64,000 bases of DNA from Cladosporium halotolerans (lineage: Eukaryota): contig NW_027191455.1 of NCBI RefSeq assembly GCF_011745625.1, positions 620,001 to 684,000 on the forward strand, in the 5' to 3' direction. Under the pieces are notes generated by a model. That model made no database searches and had not been told where the DNA came from. It worked only from the letters and a program-made list of their open reading frames with translations. Made by a program: the position numbers and the translations under genes. Shown piece after piece: positions 57,600-64,000 of the stretch. Each line of letters opens with the position of its first letter. Within the stretch, counting starts at the first letter, position 1.

Positions 57600-60295
57600 A
57601 TGTCCTCAAATCAGGATGCCGATGACTTCAAGATATGGCTGAAGTCTGCACTTGGCGAAGAGCCATCTATGTCTGATGGCGATTTTTACACAGAGGCTGA
57701 CAAGCTATGGAACACCCTGTCTCCTCTTCAGCGGCATTCTTTAGCTTCGGCAATGCGCGACGTTTGGGATGCCAGACGAGGAGTGGATGCAGCCGACGAA
57801 GCCTTGCGCACTGCCGCCACCGAAGTTTCGGATGTGACTACAGCAACTGCACACGAGGCATGGGACAAATTTCTTCATCAGCTGGAGGCTCGACGTCCTC
57901 TCCTCGCCAATTTATCCGCGTTGATCTCCAAACTCCAAACTCCACAGCAGCCTGCGACGGCCGGAGAGGGTGACCTTGCAATTTCCCTGAAACAACACCT
58001 TCAACATTGCACAAAGACATCGCAAGACGGTTTGACCGCAAACAATAAGTGGCTAGAGACGTGTAGCGGCTTCGGCTCGAAATGGACCAGAAGGGCTTTG
58101 GATCAGGTTAAGAATTTGGCGAAAGAAGTCCTGGAAGCATTGTCGGACACTGATGCAGCGTTTCCTCCTGCCAAGGGCAAATTGAAATCACCACCAAAGC
58201 CAGCACAAGGGAACGATGGTCGGGAGGAGGTCCCACAACCGGGGGGGACGTTGCAGGCTGATGCAGCTCCTCCTGTCAAGGGCAAACCGAAATCCCCATC
58301 AAAGCGACCACGAACGGACGATGACCAGGAGGAGGCGGCGCAACCGGCAGCCGAGTCTCCCAAGAAAGTCCGTAAAGAAAAGAGTCCCAACGCGCAGGCC
58401 GGAGCAGCGCCCTCGCAGCAGCCGGAAATTCCTGCAAATCCACTGCCCACAATTGCCGGAACCTTACAAAACCCCAATAACAGTCCACCGGCCCGCTTCC
58501 CTCGCACTCCCCATGGAGAAGAAGGCGCTCATGCTCGATGGCTTTTCGATGAAGAAATGAACTTCTCCGACGCCTTCAGAAGGTATTGCATGGGCGAGCT
58601 TGTACATGCTCAAGCATTAGGAGCTTACAACACAATGGATGATCTCGAGCCGCTGGCCAGGATCTTAGAAGTAAGTCGACAACCCTTCAAAGCATCAAGC
58701 TACATGTGACTGACAATTTCGATCTCGCATCACAGCTGCTACATACTTGTGTACTCCCAGACCATGACTGGGAAAATGAAGCAGGCATCCAACGCGATCC
58801 CCTTCCAGGCGACAACTACCCTAACGATGTCCGGCCTAACGTTCGTCGCGTGCTGCAGATGGTCCAAGGGGACGGCACGGTCTCTCTGAACAGCTTCGTG
58901 AGCCGCCATTTGTCAGATGGCTCCGGTGTCTTGTTAGACAATGCTGATGATATCGCGCGTGAGCTGATCAAACTAGTCAAGGAAAGGGGGCGCGCGCACG
59001 ATTGGGATAACGAGCCCGATATCACGACCATCCCACCCCCGCCAGCGGACAACCTCGCTCGTGAACCGTTGCTTGGGCTGGATCCACGTTATGACGGGCG
59101 GTGGAGCGTAAGCCATTTCCCTCTATTCCTAGATCATATAGTTGTACTGACCTCGAGCCCATTTAGTATCTGGGAGTCATCGGACAAGGAGGAAACGGTC
59201 GCGCCGTTCTCTACGTCCAATACAACACTGCGGGTCGCATAATCAACGTGAGTTACACAATGCTGCTCATCGGAAGCACATGCTGACGCTGCGACACAGC
59301 GGCTCGTTGTCAAGGAAGTCTTTCTGGGCCGACAATGGAATAATGCGGACGAGTGGTATGGCCCTTTCAAGAACCGCGTACCCATAGAGGCTGCAATGCA
59401 CCGCGTGTTGCCAAATCACAAGCACATAGTGGAATTCCTGGGCTTCAGCGTCTTCAGTGGCATGAAGTTCATCCGGCACTACACTGCTTTCGCGGAACTG
59501 GACGATCTCCACTCACTGTGGAACAAGCATTTGGGATTGCAGTATTATGGCGTCGACCAACAAGACAGGCGAATCATAGCGGACATCCCCACCGTTGCCA
59601 TTGCGTATTTCTTCGAGGCAATGGCCGCTGGAGCTTGCCTGATGGCTCACGGCGCCTTACCCGACGACAGAGGCAACTGGCCCAATGGTGGAGGAAATGG
59701 CGAAGCCCCGGAGCCGGCATGGCGTCACAGCATCGTCCACCAGGACATCAAACTGGGCAACTACTTCCTTGCCAACCCGACCGATTCAACCGTCTGGCCT
59801 GGCCTCCCCGTCGTCAAGCTCGGAGACTTTGGCAACTCCCTCGACCGAGGAGACCCATACTTCGCGGCCGTCCTACTTATGCCGCAAGAAATGGGCACAG
59901 ATAATTGGATGGCGCCCGAGCAAATCGACGTCGGGCAAGAATCAAACCTCGTATGGTCCGCCACCAACGTCTACCAGGTCGGCCTCACGATCTTGCATCT
60001 CATGAGCTTGACCAAGGCCTCGCATCAGCCTAGCATAGCGACCCCGGAGACGCTGTTGTTCACAAACCTGACCTACCAGCAAGTGTACCCGCCCGAGCTC
60101 GTGGTCTTAGCCGAGTCCTGCTGCACTCGAGTCCCCGCGCTGAGGCCTTCGGCCAAGAAGGTGTACATGGACATCAGGAAGATCGCGATGGCGTACCCGG
60201 CGGGCGACCACGGGGTGCCGCTGCAGTTTCAGAGGATCCCGAGCGACCGGATCCTGCTCACGCCGGCGGATAAGTACGCTGTCTGGGCGGCTTGA
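57600..60295 (+). CDS. Divergent non-RD Ser/Thr protein kinase with long N-terminal extension; introns 58671-58735, 59108-59166, 59248-59299
   Basis: Spliced model gives IGQGGNG (Gly loop), VVKE, helix-C Glu (PIEAAMH), HQDIKLGN, DFG, WMAPEQ and subdomain XI RPSA. All three introns are phase 0. Confidence 0.85.
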
Positions 60296-60432
60296 TGCAG
60301 AGGGGAAGATTTCATTACGTCCGCTTTCTATGTACACCCAGACTGTCAATTTTGATTATCATAATGCATCGTTCTTCAAAACCACCAAGCTTCCACCCTC
60401 ATCCCCATCCCAGCCACAAACCCCCTCCCCCC

Positions 60433-61224
60433 CTAAAGCTTCGACGGCATCCTCGTCCCCCCGTCCAACCGCACACACTCCCCATTCAGCATCACATTCT
60501 CCACAACCGCCCTCACCAACGCCGCAAACTCCTCGCCCCTCCCCGCCCGCCGCGGGAACTCCATCACCCTCTCCAGCGACCCGCGCACCTTCTCGCTCAT
60601 CGCCGCCGTCATGTTGCTCTCAAAATACCCCGGCGCGATCGCCACCGCCCGGATCCCCAGCGGCGCCAGGTCGCGCGCCAGCGGCAGCGCCACCGACCGC
60701 ACGGCGCCCTTGCTCGCCGCGTACGCCACCTGCCCGGGCTGGCCGTCGTACGCCGCGGCGCTGGAGACGAGGACCACGACGCCGCGCTCGCCGTCGGGGC
60801 CCGAGGGCTCGTTGCCCGCGAGCAGCGGCAGCGCGAGCCGGACCAGGTCGAGCGTGCCGCGGAGGTTGATGGATAGCACGAAGTCGAGGGCGGCCATGGG
60901 CGCGGGCGCGCCGTGGCGCGTGAGGAGTTTCGCCGGGTTGCCGACGCCCGCGGCGGGGATGATGGCTGCGAGGGGCGCGTGCGTTTCGTCCTGGATCCAG
61001 GCGGCGGCGCCTTGCACGGCGGCTTCGAGCGAGGGCGTCGACGAGACGTCTGTTTCGAAGAAGCGGGCGCGCGGGGCGAGGGAGGAGGCGAGCGCCGTGC
61101 CGGCGGAGGTGTTGAGGTCGAGGATCGCGATGTAGCCGCCGTGGGAGTGCAGGTCGCGCGCGGTGGCGAGGCCGAGGCCTGAGGCGCCGCCGGAGATGAT
61201 GAAGGTGCGGTCTTTGATGTGCAT
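60433..61224 (-). CDS. Short-chain dehydrogenase, 3-hydroxyacyl-CoA dehydrogenase type 2 (HSD17B10-like), C-terminal PTS1 SKL
   Basis: IISGGASGLG; GERGVVVLVSSAAAYDGQPGQVAYAASKG; LNGECVRLDGGTRMPSKL*. Confidence 0.93.
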   Translation of the reverse strand: MHIKDRTFIISGGASGLGLATARDLHSHGGYIAILDLNTSAGTALASSLAPRARFFETDVSSTPSLEAAVQGAAAWIQDETHAPLAAIIPAAGVGNPAKLLTRHGAPAPMAALDFVLSINLRGTLDLVRLALPLLAGNEPSGPDGERGVVVLVSSAAAYDGQPGQVAYAASKGAVRSVALPLARDLAPLGIRAVAIAPGYFESNMTAAMSEKVRGSLERVMEFPRRAGRGEEFAALVRAVVENVMLNGECVRLDGGTRMPSKL

Positions 61225-61248
61225 GGTGGTGTTGGAGGGGTGGGGTGG

Positions 61249-61542
61249 TCAGAGGTAGTGGGTGGTGAGGAAGGCGAGGGCGCGGACGAGGAGGTAGACG
61301 AGGATGGTCAAGACCAGTGCAGCTCCCAGCAGGATGAGTCCGTAGGCCGAGATGCCAAAGATGCCGTTGCCGGTGAAGTGAGAGTGGTATGGCGCGGCAG
61401 CACGTGCGGACGAGGAGCCCCCGCGATGCCGAGGCACTGCGTCACCGTGGTCGTCTGGCCGCCTCACGAAAGAAGCGCCGCGCTTTTCCAGAACGTCCAG
61501 GTCGAGGGAGTCGCCGACTATGCCGGCGCCGCGTCGACGCAT
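61249..61542 (-). CDS. Small putative membrane protein (97 aa) immediately upstream of, and in frame with, the SDR
   Basis: ATG-initiated ORF with a C-terminal hydrophobic helix (GLILLGAALVLTILVYLLVRALAFL) and C-ending codons. No family recognised. Confidence 0.45.
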   Translation of the reverse strand: MRRRGAGIVGDSLDLDVLEKRGASFVRRPDDHGDAVPRHRGGSSSARAAAPYHSHFTGNGIFGISAYGLILLGAALVLTILVYLLVRALAFLTTHYL

Positions 61543-62865
61543 CGTATGCGTAGAGAGTCTCTAGGCACGCATCCTCCCGCCATGCAAGCGCTCCTTTCGC
61601 ACGCAGGGCCGGCAGCGGCGGGATGACACCGGCCGGCGTGGGTTGATCGCACCCGCAATCCCCAGCCGTGCTCGTTCGAAACTCCGGGGCAGAGTCGACC
61701 TGATGTCAGCGTCGCCCGGCAAACTTGCACACCATCATCGAATGAACCACGATCAAACTTCACGCCTGCTTCAACCCACCCCAGACAATCCAGCAGCAGT
61801 AGTATGCCATCTATCACTCCCCATAGTGATCCTTAGACCAGAACGACAAACTTCCGCTCCCGCCCTCCCGACCCCCCATCCTACACGACCGATGCATCCG
61901 CGCTCAGGACCAAGGTTCGGCCGGCGAAGGAATCGGCCCATCGCGGCCCCAAATTGCGATCTGGCGCTTACTGTACAAAGTACGCTCTCGCGATAGGGCT
62001 GGCGCTGAAGCGACGCAACGTGCTCCGGCCTCCAGCCATGAGCGGCCTGCGAAGTCGTGCTTGCATCACGCCTCGAAGCTGGGCGTTACGTGCATGGCGT
62101 GATAAGAAGGGTGGAAGTGCCGCCGAAAGGTCAGGCCGAGAGCTGCCCGTTCGAGGCTTGCTGGGCGCGACGCCACGACAAGCATTTGCGAAGGTGACCT
62201 TTGCAGCGAGCCCGTGGCGAGCGAGGCGGAGGTAGAGTTTGCTTGGCCTCGAGACGGTTGAGGTGTGCGGTTGGAAAGGTAAGGTTTGTTCTGGGTGCTG
62301 GTCGGCATTGGTAGAAGATTGGAAAGATAAGATTGCGGTAGATCTTGGCTTGCGTTGATGAGATAGTAGAGGAGAGATGGAATCGTGTCATGTGAATGTT
62401 GAGTATTGGCTTGCATTATTAGAACTCTATCCGTCATCATCATCATCACCGCCAGTGAACGTCACTACCACTGTACTCTAGAAACACCACCAACAGTGCT
62501 TTTCGCGCCGATTGTTACGTCGGCGAAAAACAATCCGAGGCCAGGAAAACGGGATGAGTATGTACAAACATCCAGCTCCCTCTGTGCCTGTCTCCGTCCG
62601 TCCGTCAAGTCGTGCAGAGCCCTTTCAGGCTCCACCAACTGCTCGCCTGTCTGTCCATCCGGAGTATTAAGGATGTGACGTTTAGGCGGGCTGATGACTT
62701 GCGGCTCTCATTCAGCATTCAACGCTCGTGAAGTGACGATAGTCAATCTCCAGCATGCCAAAGCAAAGCGTATGAACAAATCGCGTCTCGTCTCCTTTGT
62801 ATGAACAAACGTCGTAGAAAACGTCAACCAAAGAAAGATAGAAAACGAAAAGTCGTCGTGCCCAT

Positions 62866-64000
62866 TTACACCTTCTCACCCGCGGGGTCGCTGCCGCTGC
62901 CCGTGCTGGATTGGGTCATGTAGCGCTGGAAGACGCGGTCCTCGACGTCCTGCGAGTAGTCCTCCTTGCCCTTCTTGGCATCCAAGCGGCGGAAGACGAT
63001 GCGCTTGCACCACTTGTAGAACTCGGCGCCGAGGAAGAAGAGCAGCGCGACGACGAAGACGACGCCCCATTCCCTGTTGGAAGCGTTAGTGAGTGTTCAT
63101 TTGGAGGTTGAGGGGTGGGATGTGATTGTGGCTTACCATGAAATGTCGTGGTGCTTGAAGACGTAGTCGTTGATGACGGGGATGTAGATGAGCGGGAAGA
63201 TGGTGACGAAGCCGAACATGACGGCGCAGAAGAGGAAGCGGTTGGACCAGACGTCGATCGCCCACTGGGTGAAGTAGCGCTTGGAGTCCGGCTGCATTCT
63301 GAGGAAGGAGCGGCGCAGGTCGATGACCTCCCAGGCCAGGAAGAGCGACAGCCAGGTCATCGTGGCGAAGCAGGTGGCGCGCGCACGGAAGACGAGGTCG
63401 CAGGTGTCACGGGACTCGTTGCAGTTGGTGCCGATGAAGCCGTCGCCCCAGCCGAAGAGGATCAGGGCGAAGGAGGCGAGGCACAGCGCTGCGATCCAGA
63501 GGCCATAGACGAGCATGTCGGTCATGATCTCGAAGGAGAAGATACCGACCTTCATGTTCTGAGGAGGCCTGCTCATGACGTCCGCAGCCGCCTTCTCGAA
63601 ACCCAGACCCATATCGGGAATACCAGACGTGATCATAATAATCCACAGGATCTCGACAGGACTGAGCGGGAAGACGGAGACGTTGTCGGAATCCTTGAAT
63701 GCGAGACCAATGAGAAGAATCAAGGCCTGACCAACGTTCTGAGAGAGCAGATGGAGAACGAATTTCTGAATGTTGTCGAAAGTACGACGTCCTTCCTCGA
63801 CGGCGGCAAGAATAGAAGCAAAGTTGTCGTCCGTGAGGATAATATCAGACGCATCTTTAGCAACGTCGGATCCGGCTTGTCCCATGGCAATACCGACATC
63901 AGCGCGCTTCAAAGAAGGAGAGTCGTTGACACCATCGCCAGTCATAGCGACGAACTTGTCGCGGCGATGGAGGGCTTCGATCATGCGTACTTTAGTATTG
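62866..64000 (-). CDS. ENA1: C-terminal part of ENA-type (P2D) Na+/K+-exporting P-type ATPase; intron 63074-63136; truncated at window end
   Basis: [78 protein letters not shown]. Confidence 0.93.

Noticed and set aside
1..64000. Transposons, RIP-degraded repeats, CRISPR arrays, rRNA, secondary-metabolite cluster
   Set aside because: No transposase/RT motifs, terminal repeats, TpA-rich blocks, spacer arrays, rRNA signatures or PKS/NRPS/terpene genes were seen.

Overview
Gene-dense eukaryotic DNA from a filamentous ascomycete. A Dothideomycete is likely, but this is inferred only from the gene set and the short 50-80 nt GT..CT(A/G)AC..YAG introns. I support about 24 protein genes, mostly housekeeping: a SNRNP40/Spf38-like WD40 tail, an AIF-like Rieske oxidoreductase, Rad1, Ost5, Gcn5, Tfb6, a hemerythrin-domain protein, Utp11, a Munc13/C2 protein, a bHLH factor, two MFS transporters, an Ell1-like factor, a 2-hydroxyacid dehydrogenase, Hpm1, Boi/Pob1, an SP-RING protein, Sfr1/Mei5, a non-RD kinase, an SDR and an ENA-type ATPase. 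There are also several hypothetical proteins and one probable pseudogene. I found no rRNA, tRNA, transposon or CRISPR array. The main observations are: (1) a [D1,2] spliceosomal twin intron at 52922-53052 that is needed to keep an MFS gene in frame; (2) two operon-like cassettes with very short C/A-rich spacers, OST5->RAD1 (68 nt) and a small membrane ORF in frame with an SDR across a single TGA (24 nt); (3) a secreted acidic repeat protein with five conserved Kex2-type sites; (4) recurrent C/A-to-G/T strand-skew switches a few hundred nt inside gene 3' ends. Gene models and family calls were made by eye, with no database searches.
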